Positions 9,952-19,470 of a stretch of DNA of 64,000 nt are shown one piece after another (position 1 is the first letter of the stretch; each line of letters starts with the position of its first letter). The DNA comes from a virus (Duplodnaviria; Caudoviricetes), in IMG/VR virus record IMGVR_UViG_3300035661_000005; one strand, given 5' to 3'. Made by a program: the position numbers and the translations under genes. The notes beneath the pieces were generated by a model that saw only the letters and a program-made list of their open reading frames with translations, was not told the DNA's origin and did no database searches.

Positions 9952-10158
9952 ATGACGACTCGTCCTACCCCCACCCTCGCGGAACTGCGCGCGCTCTGTA
10001 AAGTCGTCTCGACCTGGGTTGACGAGAACCACGTCTACGACGCGGAGACTCTCTACCGGCGTACCCTGGAGCGAGGGAAACACCGGGTGCTGGCGAGAGA
10101 GCTGGGATCAAGTTTTACTGCCGATCTTGTGACAGGATTTCGCACGCGGACGTGGTAG
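9952..10158 (+). CDS. hypothetical protein
   Basis: ATG 9952 lies exactly 10 nt after GGTGTA (class B). Confidence 0.6.
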   Translation: MTTRPTPTLAELRALCKVVSTWVDENHVYDAETLYRRTLERGKHRVLARELGSSFTADLVTGFRTRTW

Positions 10159-10722
10159 GAGGGATCAACTTGCTCGGACGTTCCGAGGACAAACAAGTCG
10201 GTCCTGATGATCACCCGTCTGTAGTGAAAGCCATCTTGAGAGAGCGATACCGGATTCGCCGGGACAGTTCCTCAAGGGGTAATTTCGCGCTCGTACCGTC
10301 GAGCCGGAGGCTTACTACCGAGGGATCTCTTTCGAGAGATATCGGCACAGCTTCAAATCAGGTGGCAGCTCATGCATAAGTTTGAGTAACTTCCCGAGTA
10401 CGGTCCCTGCACTACGACCCTACCCCCATGACGATCGATCTCTCCGGGGACGTGCTCGACTTCCGACTCTACGACCGGGACAACGGAGTGGGGGCTGGGG
10501 AGAGCGCCGTGCTCGACGCCCTCACGCGCCCATCCTAACGACTTCTCTTATCGGAGGCCCTGGATAAGACCACCGCCTCGAAAGTCGTTCAGCGGGCGTT
10601 GGGGATCGGTAAGCTGGTTCGGCCCAACTTCCAGCAGATCGCCAGGTTCAGCGTGGGCCTCCCGACAGAAACGCTGAGTACGGTTTCCGGCAGGTCTTCC
10701 TCTATTCCATCTAGGCACGATC

Positions 10723-11517
10723 ATGGACCCCAAGGCACCCAAGGTTATGGCCCGGTTCGCAGCGGCGGTCCTGCCGTTCAAGCCGAAGCCGAAAGTCCCA
10801 ACCACGACGATTCGCGGGGACAAGTACGTCCTCTCGACCTTCGGTGGGATGCTCGGTGACCGGGAGGATGACGAGGCCAGCATGTTCGGCGGGCGTCTCA
10901 TCGGACCGCCCCCGGGTGCGAACAAGTGGTGCTACCTCTGGGTCTACGATACCGAGCGCCAGGTCGTGGCCATGTGGCGGGCTTCGGACGGGGACGAGAA
11001 GTACCACGGGTCCCCCCGTTCCGCGACGAGCTACATCGTCATGCTGGACAAGCGGGGGCAGCTCAACCGCGTCACCAACGCCGAATTCCGGGTCATCGAG
11101 TCCGAGATGCGGCAGCGGGAGGACGCGGCCATCAAGAGCATGCAGCAGACACTCGAAGAGGCCAAGAGCGAGGCCGAGCGTTCGCTCGACGACTACATTC
11201 GGACCTTCTTCGAGAAGTTCGTCCTGCCGAAGCTCCTTCGGGGCCTCTCGGACGTGAAGTCTGGGGCGACGCCGATCGGGTTCCGGCCGTTCGGACCGGC
11301 GGCGGAGGGTGATGCGGCTTGGCTCCTTCGGCAGAAGTCCAGTTACGTCCTCGGGGAGGTGTTCAAGCGCGAGATGGACCCAGAGAAGGTCGTCATGTGG
11401 CTCGAAGGACAGGGCTTCAACGTCGGCATCGTCCACAACCAGGCGATCGATTGGGCGATCGGGGACGTGCGGGACGAGGCTGCGGAGAGGTACTTGCCCA
11501 AGGCGCCGTACGTTTGA
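10723..11517 (+). CDS. hypothetical protein with N-terminal KVMARFA motif (putative virion cargo)
   Basis: 264 aa; TCTATT 22 nt upstream. Confidence 0.75.
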   Translation: MDPKAPKVMARFAAAVLPFKPKPKVPTTTIRGDKYVLSTFGGMLGDREDDEASMFGGRLIGPPPGANKWCYLWVYDTERQVVAMWRASDGDEKYHGSPRSATSYIVMLDKRGQLNRVTNAEFRVIESEMRQREDAAIKSMQQTLEEAKSEAERSLDDYIRTFFEKFVLPKLLRGLSDVKSGATPIGFRPFGPAAEGDAAWLLRQKSSYVLGEVFKREMDPEKVVMWLEGQGFNVGIVHNQAIDWAIGDVRDEAAERYLPKAPYV

Positions 11518-11541
11518 TCGGGCACGCTCCTGGGCTGTAGA
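11514..11541 (+). promoter_or_regulatory. class A promoter-like motif
   Basis: TTGATC-N16-TGTAGA, longer leader with AAGGAG Shine-Dalgarno before ATG 11582. Confidence 0.7.
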
Positions 11542-11581
11542 GGGGCTGTCAGATCCTCCACCCCGCGGGCGTCTAAGGAGC

Positions 11582-12160
11582 ATGCAGAACATCCGCCTCG
11601 CCCACGCCAACATCGTCTCCGCGTTCGACCACGTTACCGTGGGCTCGAAGGTGATCGACCACGACGGCTTCCTCCTGGCCGCGTGCGAGGCGATCCGAGC
11701 GTTCGACTTCGTCAGCCAGAAGGTCCCCGGGCAGGGGTTCATCATGTGCCCGGCCGCGGTCCCCTTCGTCTTGGCCGGCGCCGGCAAGAGGACCAAGGAC
11801 CCGAACGACTTCGTTCTCCGTGTGTACCGGGGGGAGGTCCAGCCCTTCCTCCGCCGGGAGAAGGCGGCGCCGGTCGAGGGCTGCGCCCTGGTGATCTACA
11901 CCAAGGAGGCGTACCTCGCGGCCCCAGATGTCGCTAGGGAGCCCGAGGAGGTCGCCCGCATCCAGGCGGAGGACCCGACCCACGTGGTCGTGGCGGTCCT
12001 GGCGTTCGCCGGCCCGAAGCCCCCGCTGACGCCCTACCGGCTCGTCCACAACCTCGCCGGGGGCAACAAGGAGGCCCTCGTGTGGACGGCGGACGAGATC
12101 CGCGAGAAGGCGGTCGAGTCCCTCGCGTACGACCGCGAGTGGGCGACCGTGGCCGACTGA
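11582..12160 (+). CDS. hypothetical protein
   Basis: MQNIRLAHANIV..., 192 aa, SD AAGGAG. Confidence 0.75.
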   Translation: MQNIRLAHANIVSAFDHVTVGSKVIDHDGFLLAACEAIRAFDFVSQKVPGQGFIMCPAAVPFVLAGAGKRTKDPNDFVLRVYRGEVQPFLRREKAAPVEGCALVIYTKEAYLAAPDVAREPEEVARIQAEDPTHVVVAVLAFAGPKPPLTPYRLVHNLAGGNKEALVWTADEIREKAVESLAYDREWATVAD

Positions 12161-12206
12161 CGGGCGGTTCTACTTGTGAGGGAGGCTTCCGGTAGGAGCA
12201 TCCCTC

Positions 12207-12416
12207 ATGCCGTCTCCGGTCGATCGTTACCACGACGAGGTCAAGAAGAACAACCCGGACTACTCCGAAGAGCAAGCCTGGGCGACCGCGTGGAGCATCT
12301 ACTGCAAGCACAAGAACCCGGGTTCGGACTCGTGCAAGAAGCCGACGTCCGAGTATCTGAAGGGCAAGGAGGCTTCCCTTGCCCTTCGCGTCGTCGCCCG
12401 GTTCACCAGCCGCTAG
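12207..12416 (+). CDS. small protein with ChaB-like helix and C-terminal RVVARF motif
   Basis: YSEEQAWATAWSIY resembles the ChaB-family A-x-x-x-A-W helix; ends SLALRVVARFTSR. Confidence 0.65.
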   Translation: MPSPVDRYHDEVKKNNPDYSEEQAWATAWSIYCKHKNPGSDSCKKPTSEYLKGKEASLALRVVARFTSR

Positions 12417-12559
12417 CGGTCCAGCAGCCACTCGGGGACCGACCCACCCTGCGCCCCGTACTCGGCGCGCTTCTGCGCCCCGTAGGCGGCTGCCGCGACC
12501 CTCTTCGGCTTTCGCCTCGGCGGCTTTCGCCTCGGCGGTCCGCCAGTCGGGAGCGGGCG

Positions 12560-12587
12560 TTGATCAACCGGCCCTCGTCATTGTAGG
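12560..12587 (+). promoter_or_regulatory. class A promoter-like motif
   Basis: TTGATC-N16-TGTAGG upstream of 12621. Confidence 0.65.
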
Positions 12588-12620
12588 TGTCTACGTGGTT
12601 GATCCCGAATGGTGTAAGAG

Positions 12621-13457
12621 ATGAGTGTGCGATCCGGCCGCCTTCTCCGTATGCCGTACTCTCTTTCCCGGTGGACAGACGTCCCTGCGGCGAAGTGGGA
12701 ATGGTTCAAGGATCGGCTGGCCGAGGGCCACATGCTCGCCTTCAACCCCCAGGACGCGATCCCGTCCCGGTGGAGCTTGAAGCCCGCCGAGACGCTCGGA
12801 CTGGTCTTCTGGACCAAGGATCCCTCGAACCTGATCGCGGACGCGGCGATCCTCCAAGACTTCCTCGTAAAGATCCACGTCACCGTGACCGGCTGGGGGG
12901 AGGTCGAGAAGGGTGCGCCGAGCCTTGCGCAAGGAGCACAATTGCTCTGCGAGGCGGCGCGGACGTTCGGAGCCGGGAACGTCACGTGGCGCTTTTCCCC
13001 TGTGCCCCTCGTCCCGGACGTGGTCGATCGGTTCCAGCGGATCGCTGCGATGGCCGAGGACGCGGGTGTGCAGAGCGTCTACCTGAGCTTCTTGCAGACG
13101 AACGACCGCATGGCAGAGACGCGAACCGCCGAGGAGCGTTTCGTCATCCTCCAGGAGATCGCCAAGAGCGCGGGGGGCCGGGGGATCAATGTGCGCCTGT
13201 GCAACGAGGACGGCCTGCTCCGTGGACGGGTGGACCTGTCCCCGAACCTGACCACGGGAATCTGCGCACCCCCCGAGGATTTTGCGTTATCGGGTTCGGC
13301 CAAGGCACCCGCGGAAGGCTGCGGGTGCGTCTTGATGGTGGACCCCTTCACCGTGAACGAGACTTGTTCTATCGGATGCCAATACTGCTACGCTGCGGAC
13401 GAGACGCTTTCACCTCGGAAGCGGAACACGACTCGCAGCCTGCCCGTAGTACCATGA
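12621..13457 (+). CDS. DUF1848-like radical SAM-related protein
   Basis: SLSRWTDVPA, VFWTKDP, WRFSP, CGC and CSIGCQYCYA motifs. Confidence 0.8.
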   Translation: MSVRSGRLLRMPYSLSRWTDVPAAKWEWFKDRLAEGHMLAFNPQDAIPSRWSLKPAETLGLVFWTKDPSNLIADAAILQDFLVKIHVTVTGWGEVEKGAPSLAQGAQLLCEAARTFGAGNVTWRFSPVPLVPDVVDRFQRIAAMAEDAGVQSVYLSFLQTNDRMAETRTAEERFVILQEIAKSAGGRGINVRLCNEDGLLRGRVDLSPNLTTGICAPPEDFALSGSAKAPAEGCGCVLMVDPFTVNETCSIGCQYCYAADETLSPRKRNTTRSLPVVP

Positions 13458-13708
13458 CCGAAGAGGACTCCCCCGACCTATCGGACTCGGACATCGCAAC
13501 CGCCCTCCCGTGCGCAAGTGCATTGGAGCTGGCCTCGAAGATCCACACGCTCGTTTGCTCGACGTGCCAGGCGAAGGTGGCCGTCACGGCTCACGCTCGT
13601 CGAGTCCGGCTCCCGCACACGTACTGGCGGGTTGCCCTCGTGTGTCGGAACGGGCACCATGAGAATCGACACTTCCAAGCGGACTGGGTGAACGGAGTCG
13701 CTGGATGA
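13454..13708 (+). CDS. small Cys/His zinc-binding hypothetical protein
   Basis: ATG 13454, CSTC...CRNGH, 84 aa. Confidence 0.6.
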   Translation: MTEEDSPDLSDSDIATALPCASALELASKIHTLVCSTCQAKVAVTAHARRVRLPHTYWRVALVCRNGHHENRHFQADWVNGVAG

Positions 13709-13725
13709 ACGGAGTCGCTGGATGA
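13689..13725. repeat. perfect 17-bp tandem duplication at a gene junction
   Basis: TGAACGGAGTCGCTGGA x2 spanning the stop at 13708 and the start at 13722. Confidence 0.9.
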
Positions 13726-14156
13726 GCTGCCCCAACTGTCACAAGACCCCCTGCGGCTGCTTCCAGAACGTCCGGCCGGGGAAGGATCCCGTCCCGGCGC
13801 CGACCGTCTGCGACCCATACCCGACGCCGCTCTCCAAGTGCATGCCGCTGAAGGAGCCGAACGTCTGGATCGAGCGGGGGGACAACTCGGGGAGCGAGAA
13901 CGCCCCCGGCATCTGCCTCCTCGACACGATGTCCGAGGAGCAGGTCATCTTCGTCCTCGAACGGGACCAGAAGGCCCGGGTGGACCTCCTCAAGGTGACG
14001 AACGACCCCCGGCTCCTGGAGCTGGCGCGGACGGTCGAGCCTCTCCCGACGCAAGAGGAGATGGACATGCACCAGAAGTGGTTCAACCGTTCCGATTCCC
14101 CGACCTCGATCCCCTTCTACGCCATCTTCCGGGGTCAGCCCCCGTTCGCTCAGTAG
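13722..14156 (+). CDS. hypothetical protein with Cys-rich N-terminus
   Basis: MSCPNCHKTPCGC..., 144 aa. Confidence 0.7.
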   Translation: MSCPNCHKTPCGCFQNVRPGKDPVPAPTVCDPYPTPLSKCMPLKEPNVWIERGDNSGSENAPGICLLDTMSEEQVIFVLERDQKARVDLLKVTNDPRLLELARTVEPLPTQEEMDMHQKWFNRSDSPTSIPFYAIFRGQPPFAQ

Positions 14157-14159
14157 CCC

Positions 14160-14450
14160 ATGTCCATCGCCCGCAAGATCGCCCGGGAGCAAGCCTTTCG
14201 GGCTTCCAAGGTCGACGTAGCCAAGCTCCTGTCGGCCCTCCAAGGGCTTCCGCCGCAGCTTGAGGGGGTAGGGGAGGCCATTGCAGCCATGCAGGGCTTG
14301 CAGGGGATCCTTGGGGAGATGACGACCGGCGTGTCGGCCCTCAAGGCCCGCCTGGATGAGCTGGAATTCATCGTGTCCACGGCCCTCGGGCCGGACAACA
14401 TGGCAGAGCTGCGCGCAGCCCATGCAAAGCAGAAGGGCGATGTCGGATGA
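14160..14450 (+). CDS. hypothetical coiled-coil protein
   Basis: 96 aa, operon packing. Confidence 0.65.
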   Translation: MSIARKIAREQAFRASKVDVAKLLSALQGLPPQLEGVGEAIAAMQGLQGILGEMTTGVSALKARLDELEFIVSTALGPDNMAELRAAHAKQKGDVG

Positions 14451-14674
14451 GCCGGGTACGCACGCTGACGGGGGCGAAGAGGCCGCGCGGTCCGGTGGAC
14501 CCGCAGGGGTGGAACCAGCTCATGCTGCAGGTGATCGCCCGGTGCGAGAAGCTGGGGGCCCCGGACCTACCCGGACTTCGGGCAGCCCTGAGCCAGGGGA
14601 AGGCCGAGCAACTGCTTCGCCGCCTGGGCATCATCAGCCAAGCGGACATCGATCGGGAGTTTCCGCACAGGTAG
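14447..14674 (+). CDS. hypothetical protein
   Basis: 75 aa, ATGA overlap. Confidence 0.6.
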   Translation: MSRVRTLTGAKRPRGPVDPQGWNQLMLQVIARCEKLGAPDLPGLRAALSQGKAEQLLRRLGIISQADIDREFPHR

Positions 14675-14967
14675 ACCCGGGGGACCTTCTCCGGTCATTC
14701 GAGACGGGCGACCCGGCGATCGTCTACCGGGAGGCTCAGCGTCTGGCTCGGGCATACCACGAGCTGACCATCGAGGCCGCGCGGCTTCGATTCAGGCTGA
14801 ATTTCAGTACCCCCATTTGTGAAAATTGCGACGGGCTCAAGGCGGGTCCCGGTGTGGTGGCGACCTGTTACCAGATCCGGCAGTGCCACTTCCGGAACGT
14901 GAGGGAGGGGGACGAGTCGGAGAGGCAGAGACGAATTCTGGCGTCCATTACCCAGAAAGTCTCTTGA
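14671..14967 (+). CDS. hypothetical zinc-binding protein (start uncertain)
   Basis: VDPGDLLRSF...CENC...C...C; no canonical start codon at the junction. Confidence 0.45.
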   Translation, partial: VDPGDLLRSFETGDPAIVYREAQRLARAYHELTIEAARLRFRLNFSTPICENCDGLKAGPGVVATCYQIRQCHFRNVREGDESERQRRILASITQKVS

Positions 14968-15096
14968 CGATCCCATTTCCATGTGTTTCTACTAGAAACC
15001 TAGACGGGGATCAGATCACCTCGGAGCCGACCGCACCTGGTCTGCAGAGCCACCGGCGATCAGATCAACACCCAGATCAAGAAAGAGCAGGATTCC

Positions 15097-15717
15097 ATGT
15101 CGACTCTCAAGGACGCGCGTACGCAGATCTCGGTTCGCATCACGGAGCAGACGGCCACGATCAAGGGGGCGGAAGCCTCGAAGGCGGTCTACGAGAAGGC
15201 GCTCGCGGACATCGACAAGCAGATCGCCCGTTCGGACGCGGCCGAGGCCAAGGCGACTGCGAAGGCGGCCAAGGCGACTGCGAAGGCCGAGGCGAAGGCC
15301 GTCAAGGCGGAGGCGAAGCCCGCCAAGGAGCCCAAGGCGCCGAAGGCCGAGAAGAAGGCGCCCGAGAAGAAGGCGGCCAAGGCGGCCGAGAAGAAGGCGG
15401 TCGGCGAGAAGCTCCCCCCGATGAAGGAGCGCATCAAGAAGGTGCTCGGGTCGAAGTCGATGGACTGCCCGGCGATCATGGACGCGCTCAAGATCAAAAA
15501 CTGGCTGCCGGACGCGAAGGACCCGAAGGCGTACGTGAGTTTCCTCCTCTCGGGGAACCCGAACGACTTCAAGCGCGTCAGCCGCGGCGTCTACTGTGTC
15601 AACACGGACAAGGCCGAGGAGCCGAAGGTCGAGGCGAAGAACTCGAAGTCGTCGAAGTCGTCGGACGAGATCCTCGCGGATGCCGGCGTCCTCGGTGGCC
15701 CGGCGTTCGGCAGCTGA
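15097..15717 (+). CDS. histone-like DNA-binding protein (A/K/E/P-rich linker plus winged-helix domain)
   Basis: AKATAKAAKA/AEKKAPEKKAAK low-complexity region followed by IKKVLG...IMDALK...YVSFLLS...FKRVSRGVYCV, an HTH/wing pattern. Confidence 0.7.
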   Translation: MSTLKDARTQISVRITEQTATIKGAEASKAVYEKALADIDKQIARSDAAEAKATAKAAKATAKAEAKAVKAEAKPAKEPKAPKAEKKAPEKKAAKAAEKKAVGEKLPPMKERIKKVLGSKSMDCPAIMDALKIKNWLPDAKDPKAYVSFLLSGNPNDFKRVSRGVYCVNTDKAEEPKVEAKNSKSSKSSDEILADAGVLGGPAFGS

Positions 15718-15731
15718 TCGTGCCCCAGGCT

Positions 15732-15768
15732 GTCAGACCGAGGCATGTTCGAGCGTCCTCGGTCTGAC
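15732..15768 (+). terminator. GC-rich hairpin after the histone-like gene
   Basis: GTCAGACCGAGG / CCTCGGTCTGAC 12-bp stem; no U-tract. Confidence 0.45.
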
Positions 15769-15790
15769 GCCTCCGGTGTAAGGGCATTAC

Positions 15791-16165
15791 GTGACCCTTA
15801 CCGAAGCGCAAGACAACGCCCTGTGTGTAAGCACCCGCAGGGTCCTGCTCAGCCACTTGATGGGCTTCATCTACGCCGAGAAGGTAAAGGTCGACCCTCG
15901 GTACGAAGCGTCTCTGCGAACGCAGAACGCTTTCTACGATGCAGCCCGGCACGAGTGGCTGAAGGTCGTCCGTGACCTCGGCAACATCTTCGAGCACAGG
16001 TGGCGGACCCACGTGTACGAGACGCTCCTGGGGCTTCGTGCGGGGGCCCTTCTCAAGGCTCGGCAGATGTTGATCGAGCTGGGGGTGGACGGGGAGACGG
16101 AGATCGCGCGGTACATCGAGACGATCGACCTGGGGGACCTCTTGCCCACCGCGGAGTGCCCGTGA
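15791..16165 (+). CDS. hypothetical protein
   Basis: GTG 10 nt after GGTGTA; 124 aa. Confidence 0.7.
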   Translation: MTLTEAQDNALCVSTRRVLLSHLMGFIYAEKVKVDPRYEASLRTQNAFYDAARHEWLKVVRDLGNIFEHRWRTHVYETLLGLRAGALLKARQMLIELGVDGETEIARYIETIDLGDLLPTAECP

Positions 16166-16671
16166 AGCTCGGCGACCTGGTTCGGTTCGAGGATCAATAC
16201 TGGGTGGTCCGTCGGTACGATCCGAAGCGGACCCGGACGGCGCTCCTCTTGGACAAGGACGGGCGGACGCGGGAGATTCCGTTCGACCACCCGGTTCAGG
16301 TCATCGTGAACCCGGGCGAGGCGTGGCCCTTCATCACGGTGAAGGACAACCCGGCTGGACAGCGCATCGAAGGCATCGCCCGAGCCGTGGACATGGAGCC
16401 GGTACCACTGCGCCTCTACGAGGACTGGGTGCCTTCCGACCCTGCTCGGCCAGGCGGTCCGATTTTTCTGAACCCAGCCATGGGGCTGCGTACGGCAGAG
16501 ACGCTGATCGTCACTTGGCGGCGTGGCCGATCCTCGACGGTGACGGTTCCAGCGGGCCTGGCAACGGTCGGTGCCCGCGTAGCACGTGCAGAGGCGGCCC
16601 GCGTTCGGCCGGAGCAGGAGACGAGCTACAACGCCCTCCTGATGGACGCCCTGGGGGACGATGAGACGTAG
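16162..16671 (+). CDS. hypothetical protein (SH3-like beta N-terminus)
   Basis: GTGA overlap; MKLGDLVRFEDQYWVVRRY. Confidence 0.7.
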   Translation: MKLGDLVRFEDQYWVVRRYDPKRTRTALLLDKDGRTREIPFDHPVQVIVNPGEAWPFITVKDNPAGQRIEGIARAVDMEPVPLRLYEDWVPSDPARPGGPIFLNPAMGLRTAETLIVTWRRGRSSTVTVPAGLATVGARVARAEAARVRPEQETSYNALLMDALGDDET

Positions 16672-17275
16672 GCTACCCGTCTACCTGGAGCACTCCATCG
16701 GCGCGGTCACGATGGAGGCGACCCGACTCGCCCTGGAATTCCACCGGGAGATCGAGAAGAAGGCGAAGACGACGTGTACGACAGGCTGTTCGGCCTGTTG
16801 CTCGTTCCCCCTCGACGTCAGCTTCTTCGAGGGGGTCTCGATCTACCGGGCGCTCATCGCCGCAGGTCGGTGGACCCCAGCTCTCAAGGTGAGTCTCCAG
16901 ACGCACGCCAAGGCGACGGGCCTCCTGCCGGCGCACATCTGGATGCTGAGCCGTATTCCCTGCCCGCTCCTCGACAGGTCCGAGTGCATGGTGTACGCGT
17001 CCCGTCCGTTCGCGTGTCGGACGACCTTCTCCAAGGGTGACCCCTATCACTGCGACCCCCACCGCTTCGGTCCGCAGACGGGGCTGTTCCCCAAGGAGGC
17101 GGTCATCGCTCGGTTCGCCGAATTCGAGACGAGGCAAGCTCGGTTGGCCAAGATCCCGAGCTACAGGCTGCCAGTCAGCAAGGCGCTCCTCCTCGTCGAC
17201 CAGGTCGTCCACGGGGAGATCGACGTCGACAACCTGTTCGCAGCCTTCTACGCAAGCTACCAAGAGGCCCGCTGA
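16661..17275 (+). CDS. YkgJ/UPF0153-type Cys-cluster protein
   Basis: CTTGCSACC, CPLLDRSECMVYASRPFACR. Confidence 0.85.
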   Translation: MRRRLPVYLEHSIGAVTMEATRLALEFHREIEKKAKTTCTTGCSACCSFPLDVSFFEGVSIYRALIAAGRWTPALKVSLQTHAKATGLLPAHIWMLSRIPCPLLDRSECMVYASRPFACRTTFSKGDPYHCDPHRFGPQTGLFPKEAVIARFAEFETRQARLAKIPSYRLPVSKALLLVDQVVHGEIDVDNLFAAFYASYQEAR

Positions 17276-17562
17276 TGCTCTGCGCCCTCTGTACCAGGCC
17301 GTGGCCGGACGACAAGTGCGTCGTCGTCGACCTGACACCGGAGGAGACGGCCCATCTGGCGGCGCTCGGTCAGATGGGGACGACGCAGCTCGTCTACTGT
17401 GGCCCGTGTCATCGAGTCCTCGCTGACCCGGTGCGTGGTGCGCAGCTAATCAAGGGGACGCTGATGCTGCAGCTGCGAGCCATGGGCATCCCGAATGCCG
17501 AACAGGTCGCGGACAACTTCGCGAAGAAGCTCTTGGCACTCGCAACGAAGAAGAGGTCGTGA
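17275..17562 (+). CDS. small zinc-finger hypothetical protein
   Basis: CALC...CGPC. Confidence 0.65.
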   Translation: MLCALCTRPWPDDKCVVVDLTPEETAHLAALGQMGTTQLVYCGPCHRVLADPVRGAQLIKGTLMLQLRAMGIPNAEQVADNFAKKLLALATKKRS

Positions 17563-18020
17563 TGGATCAGGCGTTCATGCAGGCGCTTCAGCAGCAGATG
17601 CCGGCGCTCAAAAGCCAGGCGCAGTTCAACGCATTCATGGCCAGCTTCGAGGCCCTTAGGGGGCTCATGAACGGGGTCTTCGCGCAAAACAAGGAAGCGG
17701 AGGCCCTGTACCGGGACGCCCTCGACAAGGCGATCGACGCGGGCCACAAGGTCACGGAGATCACGGTCAAGCTCGAAGATGTGCCGGAGGCGGCGACGTC
17801 GCGCGAGGCCGAACAATTCAAGCAGGCGCCGGTGCAATTCACGGAGTACGACACGCAGCGGGCCTTGTTGACCGAGCTGGAGGGCATCAAGACGGTGGCG
17901 GCTCTCATCGACTGGTGGACTGCCAATCGGGCCCGGATCGATCAGGTCCGGAGTGCCGGTCTGCGCAACCCGCTCCTCGACCTCGTGCGGGAGAAGAGAG
18001 CCCTCTTGGCTCGGGGGTAG
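17559..18020 (+). CDS. hypothetical protein
   Basis: 153 aa, GTGA overlap. Confidence 0.7.
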   Translation: MMDQAFMQALQQQMPALKSQAQFNAFMASFEALRGLMNGVFAQNKEAEALYRDALDKAIDAGHKVTEITVKLEDVPEAATSREAEQFKQAPVQFTEYDTQRALLTELEGIKTVAALIDWWTANRARIDQVRSAGLRNPLLDLVREKRALLARG

Positions 18021-18121
18021 ACATGCCTCTCGAAGAGTCCGCACAAGAGAAGAGTACGACTCGGTGATGTGTGCAACGCGGCGGACCCAACTGGCTGGCC
18101 CGCCTCATGGAGGCCAAAGGC

Positions 18122-18502
18122 ATGAAGGTTCTTGTGTGCGGTTCACGGGATTGGGCCGATAAGAAAGCGATTGAGCGGGAACTCAAGAAGCTCCCCCCAG
18201 GAAGCACCATCATTCATGGTGCTTGCCCTACCGGGGCGGATGCCTTGGCGGATGCCATCGCGATGAAGCTCGGCCTGAAGATCAAGAGGTACCCGGCCGA
18301 CTGGGACGACCCGACGCTGCCGAACAAGAAGGCAGCGGGTCCGATCCGCAACGCCAAGATGATCCGGGAAGAGCACAAGCCGGGCGATCCGATCGCCATG
18401 GGGCTGGCCTTCACCGAGGATCTCACCCGTTCGCGTGGGGCCAAGGACTGCGTCGACCGCGCACGGAGGGTCGGCATCAAGGTCGATGTTCACGCTCAAT
18501 GA
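18122..18502 (+). CDS. SLOG superfamily / DUF2493 protein
   Basis: MKVLVCGSRDW, IIHGACPTGADALA, YPADW, AGPIRNAKM. Confidence 0.85.
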   Translation: MKVLVCGSRDWADKKAIERELKKLPPGSTIIHGACPTGADALADAIAMKLGLKIKRYPADWDDPTLPNKKAAGPIRNAKMIREEHKPGDPIAMGLAFTEDLTRSRGAKDCVDRARRVGIKVDVHAQ

Positions 18503-18684
18503 CGGGCCGTCAGATGGCCCACACGTTCTTCGGGGCGGTGCTCCCCGCCGCCCGCTACCCAACGTGGGCCGCTGCCTGGGTGGGCAAGAACGACGTGTCC
18601 TGCGTCGAGGCCATCTACCAAACCGATCGGGTGCGGGAAGAGCTGCCGGATCTTGCCGAGAAGGTCTGCAAGGTCGTACCGTGA
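18499..18684 (+). CDS. hypothetical protein
   Basis: ATGA overlap, 61 aa. Confidence 0.5.
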   Translation: MTGRQMAHTFFGAVLPAARYPTWAAAWVGKNDVSCVEAIYQTDRVREELPDLAEKVCKVVP

Positions 18685-19136
18685 GGGATCACCGCTGGTC
18701 CGGGTGGCCTGGAGCCTTCTGCCTCGACTGTGGGGCCGAGGACCAGCGGGAGATCTGTGTAGGAGAGCACGACGTCGGGATCTCGTGCATCCACGGTCAC
18801 GTCCAGTGTATGGACCCCACACACCCGCCGCAGAAGTGCTCCGAGCACGTCAACACCGAGTGTCCTGGGAGGCCCATGCCTACGTTCGATCCGGATGCGA
18901 CGATCGCGCACTTGCGCAAGCTCCTCACGAAGTACGACCAGGGCCAGCTGACCGCGGCCGAGGTCGACAGCATGCTCTACACCCAGCAGGTGGTTCCAGT
19001 ACTCGAAGCGGTCGAGCGGGGTGAACGCTACTTGACCAGCTCATCCTGCTGCTGTTCGGCGCACCCGCCCGACCGCTCCTTCACATGCCGTGTGACGATC
19101 CACCCGCACGGACACGAGATCACGCGGATCGACTAG
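18681..19136 (+). CDS. Cys/His-rich hypothetical protein
   Basis: GTGA overlap; multiple CxxC/CxH motifs. Confidence 0.55.
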   Translation: MRDHRWSGWPGAFCLDCGAEDQREICVGEHDVGISCIHGHVQCMDPTHPPQKCSEHVNTECPGRPMPTFDPDATIAHLRKLLTKYDQGQLTAAEVDSMLYTQQVVPVLEAVERGERYLTSSSCCCSAHPPDRSFTCRVTIHPHGHEITRID

Positions 19137-19264
19137 CGGGGGCAGGGGCGTCCGGACGACTCCATCCGGGCCATGTGCTCCTCGTACGCCTGCTGCTCTT
19201 CATCGGGGGAGAGCTTGCCGTCGAACATGCTCTTCATCAGGTCGGGGATGGACGTGTCCATCAT
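19133..19264 (-). CDS. small hypothetical protein (43 aa)
   Basis: MMDTSIPDLMKSMFDGKLSPDEEQQAYEEHMARMESSGRPCPPL; good codon usage; not in the ORF track. Confidence 0.5.
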   Translation of the reverse strand: MMDTSIPDLMKSMFDGKLSPDEEQQAYEEHMARMESSGRPCPR

Positions 19265-19470
19265 GTCAGGAGCTTGATCGCGTCAGGGAGAAGCTCCTTG
19301 ACTCGCTGCACCTGGTTCTTGCAGAGCTTCTTGGCAGAGCTTCTTGGCCTCGGCCAAGTGCGGCTCCATCTTCTCCACGATGAACTCCCCGAACTCGCTG
19401 TAGCGGGGATGGGCTTCATGCTCTCTACAAAAAGCGACCCGGCGGACTTGTTTCGGTGTAAGAGGGGTCC

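Noticed and set aside
4072-10083. Very long antisense ORFs (4072..6126, 7615..10083) and similar ones at 20671, 22259, 32753, 38062 and 45585
   Set aside because: They are shadows of real genes on the opposite strand or frame. High GC3 bias suppresses stop codons there, and the translations are R/G/V/P-rich with no motifs.
10560-10720. Possible extra tagged ORF starting at CTG 10560 (DKTTASKVVQRAL) after a TCTTAT motif and GGAGG
   Set aside because: Non-canonical start, weak motif match, and the frame runs into the next gene with poor codon usage. It may be a remnant, so it was not counted.
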